A stretch of 64,000 nucleotides of DNA from Octopus vulgaris (taxonomy: Eukaryota), in contig OX597820.1 of NCBI GenBank assembly GCA_951406725.2, forward strand, positions 66,402,001-66,466,000. The letters run 5' to 3'. Under the pieces are notes generated by a model that was given only the letters and a program-made list of their open reading frames with translations, did no database searches and was not told the origin of the DNA. Made by a program: the position numbers and the translations under genes. Below are positions 25,383-41,485 of the stretch, in pieces. Every line of letters begins with the position of its first letter. Position 1 is the stretch's first letter.

Positions 25383-26181
25383 AACATACACACACATACA
25401 TGTGTATATACACATGCATATACACGTGTATTTATACATGTATAATATGTGTGTGTGTGTGTGGATATATATATCTATACATGTGTGTATATATGTGCAC
25501 ATAATTGTATATAGGTATGTGTTTGTGTATGTGCGTGTGTGTGTGTACATCTATACACACATTCACGCAAGATGTATATAGTTTCTATTCTGAGCACCTG
25601 TGCTTGGGAGTCTTGCTCATATTTATAAAAATATATCAACATATGTGTGTGCATGTGTATGTAAATTGTATGTATAAAATTTTTTTGAGCTAGTTCAAAG
25701 CAGAACATACATATACATACATATATGTATGTGCGTGTGTGTGTTTGTATGTATATATATATGTGTGTGTGTGTAGGCATATATATGTGTGTATGTGTGT
25801 GTGTGTGTAGGCATATATATGTGTGTGTATATATGTATGTATATATATACATATAATTTGTATTGTTCTTTTTTTCCTATTTTCCTCTCCCCCTCTTCCT
25901 CTTCCTCCTCCACTCATTTTGTCATCAACCGCAACCTACTGCATCAATCAAATTTTCAGTTGTCTTTATTGGTCACTGCTAAAAGACTCTTAATATGTTG
26001 ATCTACTACTGTACATTTCCGGCATTTAATGATTTGTTCTCATTATTATTATTATCATTATTATTATTATTATTATTATTGTTGTTGTTGTTGTTGTCCT
26101 CATCAACATGAGCACTATCACCACCTCCATTGTTATTCAAAATTTTTATCATCATCAACATCATCATTATTATTATTATTA

Positions 26182-26215
<34 letters not shown>

Positions 26216-27110
26216 GAACGCTGCAAAAGTTGTTGTTTAATATTATTCAATTTACCCTGCAGCCATACAGCAATGTTTTGTGTCTTCATAATTAGAAAAT
26301 ATTGATTTCCAAAAATCTTCTTCTCTCTCTCTCTCTCTCTCTCTCTCCACCGCCATCAACACCTCCACCCTTACCACCCACACTGTCACTGCTTTTCCAA
26401 TATCAGCACCACCATCATCATCATCATCATCACCATTGCCATCAACCCCCCCCCCCCACTTCTATCCCATCACCAACCACCATCAGCGCCATCACTACTA
26501 CCATTGACAACCGCACCAAACACACATGCTGCACTTTTCATGGTTGCATTTGCATCTCCTCACCTCCGCATACATGCACACAAGCAATCACTATTTAGTG
26601 CATATTGCATTGTTATGTCTACGGTTGCATATCATTTGTATTCATGTATGCGTTTGTGTTTGTGCATGTGTATGCGTTTACATATTTGTTTGTTTGTGTG
26701 TTTGTGTTTGTATGTGTTTATAGACATAATCTATCCTGCTGTGGTTTAATTTGGCAATTAGTTTGCATGCTTAAATTGTTGGTGTTCTTGTTATTTTAAT
26801 TGCTATTTTATCCATACTAGTTGTGTGTGTCTGTGTGTCTCTGTGTGTGTCTGTGTGTCCTATTTTAAGTATTGTTGCTGTTTGGAATACTTTTATTTGT
26901 ATTAAATGAATTTTTCAATTTGGTTATCTACATAATACATACACCAACACACACTCACACACATAATACAATTATACATACATGCATATGCACACACATG
27001 TGCATACATGCATATACACACAGTAATCCTCTCTTTTTGTATCCCTATTTCTATTCTCACATAAATTGGACAATAGGAAGTTTGTATAATAAATACAAAT
27101 ATATATATAT

Positions 27111-27227
<117 letters not shown>

Positions 27228-28399
27228 ATATATATATTTGTGTATATATATATATTTGTATATATATATTTGTGTATATATATATATTTGTGTATATATA
27301 TATATTTGTATATATATATTTATGTATATATATATATTTGTATATATATATTTGTGTATATGTATATATATATTTGCATATATATATTTGTGTATATATA
27401 TATATGTGTGTATATGTATAAAGGATTATGTTAACGCCAACAGAAATATCAAACAATTTTGAATATTCTATTCATGATTAAAATGCATTCATTTCTGTGT
27501 CTTTGTATATGTATTTGTGTTTCCAGAAATCGGAGGGATGAAGGAAGTGTCTTTTGCTTCTTTTCACTGCTGTGCTAAGTTCAGAATGTAAGTTCAAAGA
27601 TAGACAACTACTACATGCTATACCAGAGCAGAAGTTAGCAAAATCTTAAGGCTATGTGGCATGATATGATCTTCCATCTTTTCTGTCCAATAATAAAACG
27701 GAAATGTTGAAATAAAACCGAAAAAGAAACAGGGGAAATGAAAACAGGATTCTAAGGGGTCAGAGATAGAAACAGAAAGTTATGACACATGCACGCATAC
27801 AGACACACACACACACACACACTTAATAATGCTTATGAACAGATGCACAAACACAGTTTTGTGTTAGTTAACTAAATGCCAAGGGAGCCTTTGTGTAATT
27901 ATGCAACTTGCTGCGTATCATGGTGAGATTTTGCATAAATATACTCTGTTGTCTGAGAAGGAATCCCATTCAATGATTTTTAACTTCTGTTTGTGATTCT
28001 CATTTAGTCCTAATCACCTGCTTCTGGCCTCCTCTGCTTGATTAGACCTCCCTCTCTCTCTCTTTCGGAGAGGCACAAGCACCTACACGCACATATACAC
28101 ACATGGCAGTAACTTCCGCCTGCCGAATTCAATCACAAAGCTTCGGTCGGCTCGGGGCTATAGCAGAAGACACCTACCCAAAGTGCCACGCAGTGGGACT
28201 GAACCCGAAACCATGCAGCTAGGAAGCAAGCTCCCTAACCACACAGCCATGCCCGCAAAACATCCATCAATAAAGCTCTCTGACTTTTAAAGATATGTAA
28301 GCTCTGCCACTATGATCACTATCAGAATCATTGATGGGGAAAGCTTTGAGAAATTTTGGCCATTATCAGCCCAAGCACCATCTGCTGGTGTCTTGAAAC

Positions 28400-28612
28400 A
28401 CATATTTTGCTGATATCATAGTCCACTTGAGATAGGGAGTTGTTGGCCAAAGTTCATCTGAGTGTTAGAGATTTGTTTGGTGTTTCTTGAAGGAATTTGT
28501 CCAGTTACTGTTTAAACATTATGGTACCTTTTTTCACACCTGATTTCATCCTGGATAATGCTGAATAAAGTAGGACCAGTTGAATTAAAAACAGTCGTGT
28601 CACAATGTTGTT
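28400..28612 (-). mobile_element. Decayed CR1-like LINE 3' end
   Basis: Minus translation FNSTGPTLFSII...FKQ*LDKFLQETPNK...ANNSL. Confidence 0.6.
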
Positions 28613-28616
28613 GAAT

Positions 28617-28650
<34 letters not shown>

Positions 28651-30311
28651 TTTTTTGGCATATAAGATGTTTTTTCTATTTTTAAATACATCCTAAATTT
28701 ACCCCTTTGTAGATTAGGGATCCAGATAAGCATTAGGTCTCTGGGCACAATAATCTCTTGGGCAAGTGTCTTCTACTATAGCCTCGGGACGACCAAAGCC
28801 TTGTGAGTGGATTTGGTAGACGGAAATTGAAAGAAGACCGTCGTATATATGTATATATATATATATGTGTTTCTGTATATGTTTGTGTGTCTGTGTTTGT
28901 CCCCCCAACATCACTTGACAACCGATGCTGGTGTGTTACCGTCCCCATAACTTAGCGGTTCGGCAAAAGAGACCGATAGAATAAGTACTAGGCTTACAAA
29001 GAATAAGTCCTGGGGTCGATTTGCTCAACTAAAAGGCGGTGCTCCAGCATGGCCAAAGAGTAAAAGAGTATACGTAGGATAATAAACACCATGCAAGGCA
29101 AATGTATAATGTATCTTCCATTTTATTCATTCAATTCATTATCTTTTCCTTCTGATTTTTTCTTCTTCTTCTTCAAAATGAAGACATCATGAAATAATAA
29201 ATGGCATAAAATTAAAAAGAAATAATAATAAAAGTAAACAACAACAATAATAATAAAAATTTACAGTTTACCAACGGGTTAAATTAAAATATTGGACTAT
29301 TTCCAATAGTTTTGCTATGCTGTACCCGCCACATGAAAAGATGATGATAATAACGATAACTATCTCTAAAAGCTGAACTAAAGGAAGAAAGCAAGTCAGG
29401 CCGTTAAAAAGCTTGTGGTTCAAATATTGGCCATGTCAAATGAAATAACCTTTGTGACTCTATTAGATTCATCTCCTTCCACTGCTACTCTTGCCAGGCT
29501 GACAAATAACGTCAGCTTTGACAGACCATAACAATACTAGCTAATTTGTCACTTCTCTCTCTCTGTCTCTGTCTTCTTCCATAGACTCAACATAGTCTTT
29601 CCCCCTCTCTTATTGTCTCTCTCTCTCTCTTTCTTTCTTTGTTGATGTCTCCTTTTTCTGTCTTGACTGTCTTTCTCTCGTACAGGGTCATTTCTTCCTT
29701 ATCTGTCTTCATAAGTAACTTACACTCTCTCTGAACTCGGTTGGTTGCTCTCCATGTTGTATCTTCCTTAACAAACCATTGACTCTTTTCTCCATTTACT
29801 GTCTTCTTCAACAAGTCATCCTCTCTCTCTCTCTCTCTATCTTCTCCTTTCTGTCTTTGACACACCAATATCTCGATTCTTTCTTCCTCTTTTATCCATT
29901 TTCTTCAACAAACTGTCGCTTTCTCTCCCTCCCCCCTCTCTCTCTCTCTATCATCTTCAACAAACCATCATCTCTCTCTTCCTTTTCTCCTCTCAACAAA
30001 AAACATTGGCTCCCCCCCCTCTCTCTTTGCTTTCTGGTCAGTCAGTTTAGCTGGTCAATCAATGGTGCTTATTTATATTTATATTTTTTTATAAATTTAT
30101 ATACATTATTGTTGTTTTTTTCATTTTATTTTTAGCTTTATATTTATTCATTTTTTTTTTTTTTTGTCGATTTATTTATATACTTTGCTGTCATTTTGGT
30201 CTTCTACTGTGCAGAGCTTCTCAGCAGCTAATTCCAAGAGTCAGCTACTCAATGTCTGGAAACTTTCCATTCTTCACCGAAAACCCAAAACTCACATACA
30301 TATACATACAT

Positions 30312-30356
<45 letters not shown>

Positions 30357-30818
30357 TCATATTTTTCTCTCCTTTCTCTGCTTCATTGAATATGTGATTT
30401 TGTTGGATTGCAATCAAAGAGTTTCTTCGCTTTTTTTTTTTTCCTTCTTTTATTGTTCTCCCCACTTTTCTTCCTTCCTTCTTTCTTTCTTTAATTTCTC
30501 TCTTTCGGTTTAACCTTTCGCTTCATATTCTTCATTCTCCTTCCTTTCCTCTCCATTCCCATCTTCTTCCTTCTTTCTCAATCCTCTCACAGTTCAAACT
30601 ACCTGTGGCATCATTAGCTGAAACTTTTGTACCAATGATATATATACAGCTTTTATTGAGATCTCACCAAGTGTACGTTATATATATAATGTACAATATA
30701 CATACATTCATATATGCACGTGTCTATGCATATAGGCAAACATACACTCACTCACAGTCACATATGTACACATACACATGTGTATAGGTATTTATGTATG
30801 TATGTATGTAATGCTTGT

Positions 30819-30853
<35 letters not shown>

Positions 30854-31027
30854 CTCAAGACACAAATCAAACATCAAAATACATTCTGATGTAAATAGCA
30901 ATGGAGGTAATAGGTGTGTGTGTGTGTGTGTGTGTTTATATACATGCATACATGTTCTCTCTATGTATATGTGTGTAATTATATATGTATATGTGTGCGT
31001 ATGTTTGTGTGTATGAATATAGCTGCA

Positions 31028-31060
<33 letters not shown>

Positions 31061-31557
31061 CTATATGGATATATATGTATAATTTCCATGTTACTGCAAT
31101 TTAAATGTAAGATGTGCAGTCATCTGTCACGACAGCATGCTTCATTGATTTCTGATCTTCACGCTTCACCAATTTGATCTCGTAAACTATTTTACATTGG
31201 AAATCATAGACACACACACACACACACATATACATACATGTGTGCATGTACGTGTGTATACAACCTAAACTGCAGTAATGATAATGATGATGCTCATAAT
31301 AATAATAATAATAATAATAATAGCGAGAAGAAGGAAATAAGATTTATTTACCATTCTGATAAGCACCGATTTAGTTTCATTTTTAATGCGGAATTATAAA
31401 CAAAGAGCAGTTTTAAAGAAATAAATATAATAATAATAATAATGATAATGATGATAAGTGAAATTGTAATGTTAATAGTGTGATGCAGCAATTAGAATTT
31501 TTTTCTGCTTGAAGTAGAAAGTGTGTATATATGTAAATTTGTATATGGAATATATAT

Positions 31558-31593
<36 letters not shown>

Positions 31594-32043
31594 TCATGCA
31601 TACATACACAGACGCTTCGTAGGCAAGGCAAGTTTCAAACGTATTATATATTAGGCAGCCAAATAAAATCATGAAACTCATAACATGTATACGCTTGCAA
31701 CTATATACAATTGTGTGTGTATGTGTGTGCATGTTTTTGTCTTGACATTGTGCAATGATTCTAGACAAGTCCCACCCACTGTCACACCTGCGATGTTGTT
31801 TGTATCCAGTCTTACATGAAAGGAAACGGCCATCCATGGGAAAATATCATGTTGTTTCGAAATCAGTGAGTTTTTGGCAACTGGGACAGCGTCAATCCAT
31901 TTGACCCATCCAAGCTTGGAAAAGTCAATATTAAAACAATGGCAAATATAGAATCAGTCATCTATGAGTTATGAAAAGCATGCTCTCACTTATTGGTCAA
32001 TAGAGTGGCTATATTCACCTTGTGGAACTATATTTTTACCAGT

Positions 32044-32112
32044 CTCTCTGATGAGTGCTGAGTTTGGTTTCTTTTTTTTTCCAACTTTCATGTGCGAAAC
32101 TGATTGCTAGAG
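32044..32112 (+). ncRNA. Degenerate hammerhead-like motif with long stem II
   Basis: CTCT-CTGATGA-GTGC..ttgg..ccaa..GTGC-GAAA-C-tgatt-G-CT-AGAG. U16.1 is replaced by C. Confidence 0.5.
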
Positions 32113-32136
32113 TTAGCTAAAATGGATGTATAACAC

Positions 32137-32202
<66 letters not shown>

Positions 32203-33138
32203 ATAAACGGAGAGTTTGAATACAGCCCAATCCACTCTCCATTTTCTTATAATATATTATCATACTGTTAAATTTGTGTTTACATATATTGAATCAAATG
32301 GAAACATCTATATGGACTACAGGAATTCCAAAGTGTGTATAGGTCTAGTGTCCAATAAATACTAATACCAACACTAGACAATCAAATTCCAATAAATTCA
32401 AAGATATATGGATGACCTGGAAGAAGATTGGATGTAAGACATCCTTGAACGAGCGGTCACTTTCTTTACTGAACCCCATATACATATCATTGCTATTGTG
32501 TTGAACTGTCATATGTCCAAATTTGGCCAAATGCGTTTTTTTTTTTTTTTCAATATTTATTTTTTATTCAGGCAGTGAGCTGGCAGAAACATTAGTACAC
32601 CAGGCAAAATGCTTAGCAGTATATCGTCTGTCTTTAAGTTCTGAGTTCAAATTCCACCGAGGTTGACTTTGCCTTTCATCCTTTCGGGGTCAATAAATTA
32701 AGAACCATATGCATACTAGGGTCAATCTAATCAACTGCACCCACCTCCCAAAAACTTCGGGCCTTGTGCCTAGAGTAGAAAAGAATATTTATTTTTGCCT
32801 GCAATAGCCTGTTCTTTTGGTCAAACTATCGTATCTCCAGTTGCTTCAGATGCCAAGATATCAAAAATTGTTAAAATGTAGTACAACGGTTTCGCTATGG
32901 AATGGTGAAACTGTTTTATCATTTTCTAAAAAAAAGCAATGTTTTGGACTTATGACACTTGTGGATAATAGCAACGATTGGCATTATGAAGGGCATCCAG
33001 CTGTAGAAACATTGCCAGATCAGATTGGAGCCTTCTGGCTCACCACCCCTCAGTCAAATCGTCCAACCCATGCCAGCATGGAAAGTAGATGTTAAACAAC
33101 GATGATGATGATAAGTATACACATAAACATATATATAA

Positions 33139-33179
<41 letters not shown>

Positions 33180-33738
33180 CACACATACATACATATGTGT
33201 ATATACACTTAAATGTATATGTATGTATACGTATATATATACGCACACACATATGTACGTGTGTATGTATGCACTTATGTATTTATGTGTATATAAATGC
33301 ATACATATATATTCATATATACATATGTTTATATATATATATATATATATATCTTAGGCACAGAGACACTATCGTTACATATATACACACATGCACACTG
33401 ACACAGCCATCCATGATTGCAACACCCATCACCTTCCATGCGTCTTATACAGTGAAATCCAATGCAAATTGTTTAAACAGATTCTCAAATGATAATGCTT
33501 CCAAATATAAGACATATTAATATTCATGTTGTCTTGGAATTGGCTTTTTTTTTATTATTTTAATTTTTTTTTTTTTTTTTTTGCTTGTTCCTTTATTGCC
33601 AAAGATTTAGTTTACTTCCCATTTCTTACCCAAATAGTGAGAACCGTTTCGCATTCACCACCACCACCTCCAACATCATCATCACCATCATCATTATTAT
33701 TATTATTACTGTTGCTGCTATTGTTGTTGTTGTTATTA

Positions 33739-33779
<41 letters not shown>

Positions 33780-34325
33780 TTCAGAGCTATAATTGTTTGT
33801 TGTTGCATTTATTTTTTTATATACATATACAAGTATACAAAAATCTTTTTAATGGTCTTTAAGACAAGACTAGTCAAGATTGAGTTATTTCTCAATCTCT
33901 TTGTTTCTGCCATCTTCTCTCAACTCTCCCCCCCCCTCTCTGTCTCTCTCCACCTCTCCACCTCTCCATAGTGTGATCTTTGTTGATATCTCTATGATTT
34001 CTATCACCTATTTAGACAAAGATGGTAAAAGTTTGCTCTAAGTAGATTGTCAAAATGTGGTGGTTGGATGGTTGTGTGTGTGTGTGTGTGTGTGTGTGTG
34101 TCTGTCTGATTTTGTGAGCATGTGTTTCTGTGTGTGTGTGTCTGAGTAACGAGATGTGTGTACATATGTATAACACAGTGCTGCATGTGTATCTGTATAT
34201 ATATATACACACCCGTATATAAATGTACCATACACCTATATCTAGAAAGATCTACTTACACATGTGCATATGAATGCATGTCTATATGTGTTTGTATATA
34301 TGTAGATGTATTTAAACATATGTAC

Positions 34326-34358
<33 letters not shown>

Positions 34359-34544
34359 TGTTTATGTATGTGTGTGTGCATTGATATATGCCTATATATA
34401 TCTATATATAAATAGATATGTCTTTATATATAAATATATATATATATGTGTGTGTGCGTGTATCGATATATGTCTATATACATACATCTATATATGTTTG
34501 TGTGTATATGTATATATATATATGTGTGTGTGTGTGTATCTGTT

Positions 34545-34597
<53 letters not shown>

Positions 34598-34819
34598 ATA
34601 TATATATACTTGCATGCATATAGTTACATGTGTGTATATTTGAGATTCTTCAATTTCTGTTCCACTTTTCTTTTTTTACGTAACCATTTGCGTAGCTTTA
34701 ATTTAATTTAATTTCATTTATTTTGAATTTGTTAGTCAACCCTTTTTTGTGATAAATGCCTCATGTTGTTTATGTGAATTTAAGAGGTGTGATGTGAAGC
34801 ACATGTGTATATCTCTACG

Positions 34820-34888
<69 letters not shown>

Positions 34889-35025
34889 TAATCTCACTAT
34901 CTTAATCATATATCTATTTATGTATGCATGTATGTATGTATCTATCTATCTATCCATCCATCCTACCCCCCAATATATCTATCTATCTATCTATCTATCT
35001 ACCTCTCTATCTCTCTATCTACCTC

Positions 35026-35080
<55 letters not shown>

Positions 35081-35081
35081 G

Positions 35082-35133
<52 letters not shown>

Positions 35134-35137
35134 CCTC

Positions 35138-35176
<39 letters not shown>

Positions 35177-35183
35177 GTCTATG

Positions 35184-35235
<52 letters not shown>

Positions 35236-36898
35236 CTTCTATCTATCTATCTATCTATCTATCTCTATCTAACCACACCTGCACATGCACAGACACACAC
35301 ACACTAATACATGTATTAACCTATCACTGCTTTCAGAACTTTCTGATATTTTTATTTATTTATTTTTTTTTTAGAAAAGTGAGTTTTCATTTTCTGTTTC
35401 TTTCTGACTGACATTTTTTTCCCATTTTCTTTCATTTTTTTTTCTTTGTTTTTTTTTTTTAATTCTCTTCCCAGTTATTGTCATGAAATTTCAGTGTTTC
35501 TTTTGTGTATATGTGTGTGTTTTCCTGCTCAATGGCGTGTGTGTGTGTGTTTTTCTGTTCACTTTGTATGTTTTCCTTTATTTTATTTTTTTTTCTAATT
35601 ATATTTTATTAAATCTGCTCCACTTACTGTGAATAAATACTTCAATACAGTTAGCACTAATTGTATTGTGAATAAGCAAAATGTTTGAATCTTTCTTGAA
35701 TAAAAGACAGCCTTTACATTATCCACCCATGGTTAACCCTTTGCCTGTCTTGTGTATCATGTGTGACAAACAAAACATATGTCCCCCCCCCCCCCCCGGT
35801 GTCTATGTATCCTTTATCTTTTGTGGGTTTCAGTCACTATACTGTGACCAGGCAGGCACCTCCATGAATTTTCAGTGGAATGAATTAACCCCCGCCCCCC
35901 CCCCAGTATTTATTTTTTTAAGCCTGGCACTTATTCTATCGGTCTCCTTTGCTGAACCACTATGTTATGGGGATATAAATGCGACAACACCAGTTGTCAA
36001 ATGGTGATGAGGGGACAAAAACACACACACACACAAACACACACATATGGTGGTGCCCCAGCATGGCCACAGCACGTGAGCTGAAACTAGATAAAATAAG
36101 ATTAAAAAAAAAATAAATAAAAATATATGATGGGCTTCTTTCACAAATGGCAGTGCCCCAGCATGGCCACAGCTCGTAAGCTGTAACTAGATAAAATAAG
36201 ATAAGAAAAAAAAAATTAAATAAAAATATACGATGGGCTTCTTTCAGTTTCTGTCTACCAAATCCACTCACAAGGTTTTGGTCAGCCTAAGGCTATAGTA
36301 GAAGGGGCCACGCAGTAGGACTGAACCTGGAACCAAGGTGGTTGGGAAGGAAACTTCTTACCACATAGCCACTCCTGTGCCTATCATATAAGACCCTTTT
36401 TTTCTTTCTTTAGGTGTCATGTCCAGAATGTAGGACATACACCAGTTGTACTCAACTGGAGTCTATATGGCCCCTAAGGTTCCATATAAAATTTTTAGGG
36501 GTCCATGCAACAAAATAGCAAATTGGGGATCTACAGAGGTATTTTAAGGACCCTTGAAAAAATTTTGCTTTAGATGTATGGTATTGGTACATATTGCAAG
36601 AAACAGCTTGGTTTCTGTCTGTAATGTTTTATATTGGTCAACCTACATGAGTCAATGTCGGAAAAGCAAAATAAGAATTTTGAAAGAAGCTTCTAGAAAA
36701 CTAGTTTAAATAAGTACTAGGCTTACAAAGAATAAGTCCTGGGGTCGATTTGCTTGACTAAAGGCAGTTGCTCCAGCATGGCTGAAGTCGAATGACTGAA
36801 ACAAATAAAAGGAATATATATCATCATTTAATGTCTTTTTTTTCCATGCTGGCATAGGCTGGGCAGTTTCTTAACTAGCACACACTGTGTGTGTGTGT

Positions 36899-36937
<39 letters not shown>

Positions 36938-36939
36938 AC

Positions 36940-36970
<31 letters not shown>

Positions 36971-37732
36971 CTGGCATTGCAAACTCTGTGGTCAACTGAA
37001 GCTTCTGAATGCTTGCTCACCTTGAGGCTGACCCTCACCTGGACAATGAACAACAGATAGACCCATCAAATAGATAATACAATACCTGTCTTTTTAAAAC
37101 AGTTTTCCTACTTCATTTCATTCATCCCCTTTTCTTCCCCCCCCCCACCTCCCCCACCACTACTCATTCCCCTTTTTTTCTTCTTTTTTTTTTCTGAAAG
37201 AAAATAGAAAACACTAACAGAACCAACTAAAATACTTCCTCTCCTTCCAACTCTTCTGTACTGGGCTTTCCCCCCCCCTTTTTTTAAAATTTTATTTTTG
37301 TGTGTGTGGGCTTGTTATTCTAAATTGTGGAATTTTCTCCTTTTGTGTATTCACAAGGTGACACAAAATAAGGGAGTCCAGCTTTATGACAAGTTGCCAC
37401 AATTTGTTGACATGAGGGGAACAGGGAGTAATGGTCATTTATTGTCCATTCTTTGTTTTCATATTTATTTAGTATTTTTTTAAATTTTATTATTTCTTTC
37501 ACTTCATAGATTTCTGTGAGCTTGGAATTTTTATCCTTTAAAATATGTTTATTCAACTGATTTTCACTGAAATCCCTTCATACATTCCGCTTGTATCTGT
37601 TGGGAGCTTTTATTACTAATATTATCAGCATTTTATTTTCTTTAATTTTTTTTTCGTTATTTCATTATATGTAAACCCTATGTCTGTCTTTGTACTATCC
37701 CCTCATCCGTCGTCCTTGTGGCAAATAAATGA

Positions 37733-37781
<49 letters not shown>

Positions 37782-39796
37782 GTTGTTGATGTTGTTATCA
37801 TTATTATTAGTAAAGTGAAGTTGAAGAAGGAAGTTTTCTCTCTCTCCTTGAAAATTTGTGAAGAAGATAGGTGACTGCTATCACAATGCTTAGAGTGAAT
37901 GGACCTACCCTGAGCATGCACCTGTAGATTGGAAAACAATGGTGGGGTTAGGGCTTGTTCTTTTGGTGGTCAGGACAATCCTGAATCTGCGGGGGTTCCT
38001 TGATTGACCTAAACTGGAGGTCTTTCTGTATCAGGAGGCCTGCATCATTCATGTGTCCAAGGAACTTTGTATACTTTTAGTCCATTTCTTTTCCCTTCCT
38101 TTCCACCTGTTTTTCATGTGAATACCCATATGAATGTCTCCCTCATTTGATGCTCCTGTAGCAACTCAAAGAAATCATCACCACCACCACCACCATCAGC
38201 ATCATCATCATCAAGATGGCAAGCTGGCAGAACCATTAACACCCTGGGCAAAATGCTTAGCAGTATTTCATTTGTTTTTACGTTCTGAGTTCAAATTCTA
38301 CCAAGTTTGGCTTTGCCTTTCATCCTTTCAGGGTTGATGAAATAAATACCAGTTTTTTAAGGGGATTGATGCAATCAACAAGTCCCCTGCCCCAAGCTTT
38401 CAAGCCTTTTGCTTATAGTAGAAAGGAATTATGAATTATTATTCATTAAATCATTGCACAAAAGGCTTCGCCATATGTCTTCTGGCTCAAATTCAGTCAT
38501 TGTTAATTTTGCTTTTCATTCCCCTGGGGGGTGATAAAATGAAATACCAGTCAAGTACTGTGATCCATTTAATCACCTAAACTTTCCCATCAAATTTCAA
38601 GTCTTTTGTCCTTGCTAGAAAGAATTATATTGGACTTGATTATATCAGCTACCTGGCTCTTCTCAAAATTACAGGTTTTGTGCCTATTATTAATTATTAC
38701 AGTAGAATCATTAGCACAATTCCTCTGAATCTTTACATTCTGAGATCAAATCCCACTGAAGTCATTTTTGCCTTTCGTCATTTTGGAGTCAATAAAATAA
38801 GTACCAGTTGAGCACTGGGGTCTATGTAATTGACTTCAATTGCTGGCCTTGTGCCAGAATTTAAAACCCTTATTAAGGCAGAATCATTGGCATAGTTTTT
38901 CCAGCACTTTACATTCTGTGTTCAAGCCCCACTGAGGTTAGCTTTGCATTTCACCCTTTCAGAGTCGATAAAATAAGGTACTAGTCAAGTATTGGGACCA
39001 ATGTAATTGACTAAGCCCCTCCTTTCAAAATTCCTGGCCTTGGGCCAAAATTAGAAAGAATTATTTCTTGTAGTAGCAAAGAAGTTGGATTCTGGGACCT
39101 AATGGTTTGTGTTAAGTGTTGGGTGACCTAATGAAATAAGAGATTGTTCCTCATGGTTAAGCTGTGGCAGCTGTCGTGATGACCCCAGATGACTTAAGTG
39201 CTGGAAGTTGCCTGATGGTCAGGTATGTCGAGTGATTGTTCCTGATGGTTAGACATGGCAGCCGTTGGGAGGGCTCTGATGGTTAAAATACATTAAGTGC
39301 TGGCATCCTACGATTTGATGTGTTAAGAGTTGGGGCTTGAATACTGTTAGATGATGTCAAGTGCTAACTTGTTGTACCGAGTGGTGGTGGTGGCGGTGCT
39401 GCTGCTGCTGATGATGACAGTGTTTAAATACGTACATATGTACACACGTGTTGAATGTCTTAAGTGGGGTTTAGTATTTCCGTTTGCGTTTGCGTGTAAT
39501 GTCATTCCAGTGCAAGTCTCATGTTGTAGTGTAATACAAATATTTCGGTATCAATAATCATTCACACACATACACATACAGGTGTACATATGTGTACATG
39601 TACATATACACATACATATTCATATACGTACATAAGACATGTACATGCATACGCACACCCACATAAATCTATACAGGTAATTAGCTGGATTGGTAGCTAC
39701 AAAGTCCGACTAGTCATTAGTTATTTACGAAGTTGATGGAGGAGGGGACCAAGGGTATTTGTGGAGGAAACCTGGTGCAATATACAACTTTACCCG

Positions 39797-39830
<34 letters not shown>

Positions 39831-40428
39831 TACACACACACATGCATACACTATGCATCATACATGTACTAATAAATTGTACTTATTTATTAGTAGTATG
39901 TGAAACCAACAGTACTCAACAGCTGGTCAGCAACTGGTTAGCTGGTTGGTCAGTTGGTTAGTTGACTGGTTGGTCGGTTGGTTGGTTGGTCCATCCATTG
40001 TGTGGTCGGTCCTTTTTTTATAGTTGTTGTTTGGCCCAAGGACAGCTTTGATCAAGCTGACCCCCAAAGAGAGCAAATGAATTCTAGCCATCACTCAACT
40101 GCCTTTTTACTGGGTTATAGAAATGACTAAAGAACTTTGCTTCCTGACCGCATGGTTCTAGGTTCAGCCTCATTGCTTGGCACCTTCTTAGGCAAGTGTC
40201 TTCTACTATAACCATGGGTCAACAAATGTCTTGTGAGTGAATTTGGTAGATGGAAACTGTGAGGAACCCCATCATATATGTACACACATAAATATATATT
40301 TATGCTTGTTTGTCCTCACCCCGCCCCACTACCACCACTTGACAACTGTGTTGATTTGCTTGCATCCCTTTAACCTAGCAGTTCAGCAAAGGAGACTAAT
40401 GTAATAAATACCTGACTTGGAAAAGCAA

Positions 40429-40473
<45 letters not shown>

Positions 40474-41442
40474 TGTGGCTGATTTGTTTAAATTAAACTC
40501 TTGAAGGCAGTGCTCCAGCATGGTCGCAGTCAGATGACTGAAAGCGAGTAAAAGATAAGACAGTAAAGGTGTGTGGTTTGAGTGAGATCTGATTGCTGTT
40601 GCTGTTTCTAGCGGACTGAATGACTACATAGCAGCTTCCTTCAAGGTGTGTGGCGTTTATAACTTGAACTGAGATATGACATTAGTGAGTGACTAAGTTA
40701 GAGCTAGGACTTTCTGACCACCACCACCACCACCACCACCATCACCACCATTACCACTGTTGTGGCCACCATCACCACCGCCATACCTGAGTTATTAGAT
40801 CTTCCAATACACTCGTTACGTTGACTAACTCACGAGTGATTTATGTTATCCACTGTACAAACCATGTCATTACTGGCACATTTCTGGTTTAGTTCATTTT
40901 GTACCTAGATACCTGTGATTATAGATAGGTAGATATGTGTGAATATACTTATGTACATATATATATATATATATATACACACATACATATATATATATAC
41001 ATAATATCTATGCACATTCATTCATATGAACACACATAGATACATACACACAAACTCTCTCACACATACACATGTATACACCACATGCCAGCATGGAACA
41101 TGGATATTAAATCATGATATAGCTGCACACACACACATACATACACACACACACATGTATGAATAAATATGTGTGTGTGTAGATAAAATCAAAATCAGAC
41201 TTCTTGCTCACATTTTATATACTCACATATACATGCTTATTATATACATAGATAAAAGTACAATACCAAAATGAAGATTGTCAATTTCACTTTATCACCA
41301 GAGTTGCTTAGTGTAAGGTTCTTATATTTTTATATGTTCACATGTATAAACATATATATGTGTATGTATATATCTATCTATATATATATAAGCAAAATAA
41401 GACAAGGTAGAAAATGCTAAAATAATTTTATCATGAAGAACG

Positions 41443-41485
41443 TTTTAGTACTGGTTTCAGTCTTTGCGACTTTTTCAACTTAGAG
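41443..41485 (-). ncRNA. Minimal hammerhead-like motif, U3-A8 core variant
   Basis: Minus strand: ctctaAG-TTGAAAA-AGTC-gcaaa-GACT-GAAA-C-CA-G-TA-CTaaaa. Perfect 4-bp stem II and GUA triplet, weak stem I. The downstream side abuts (TA)n. Confidence 0.55.
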
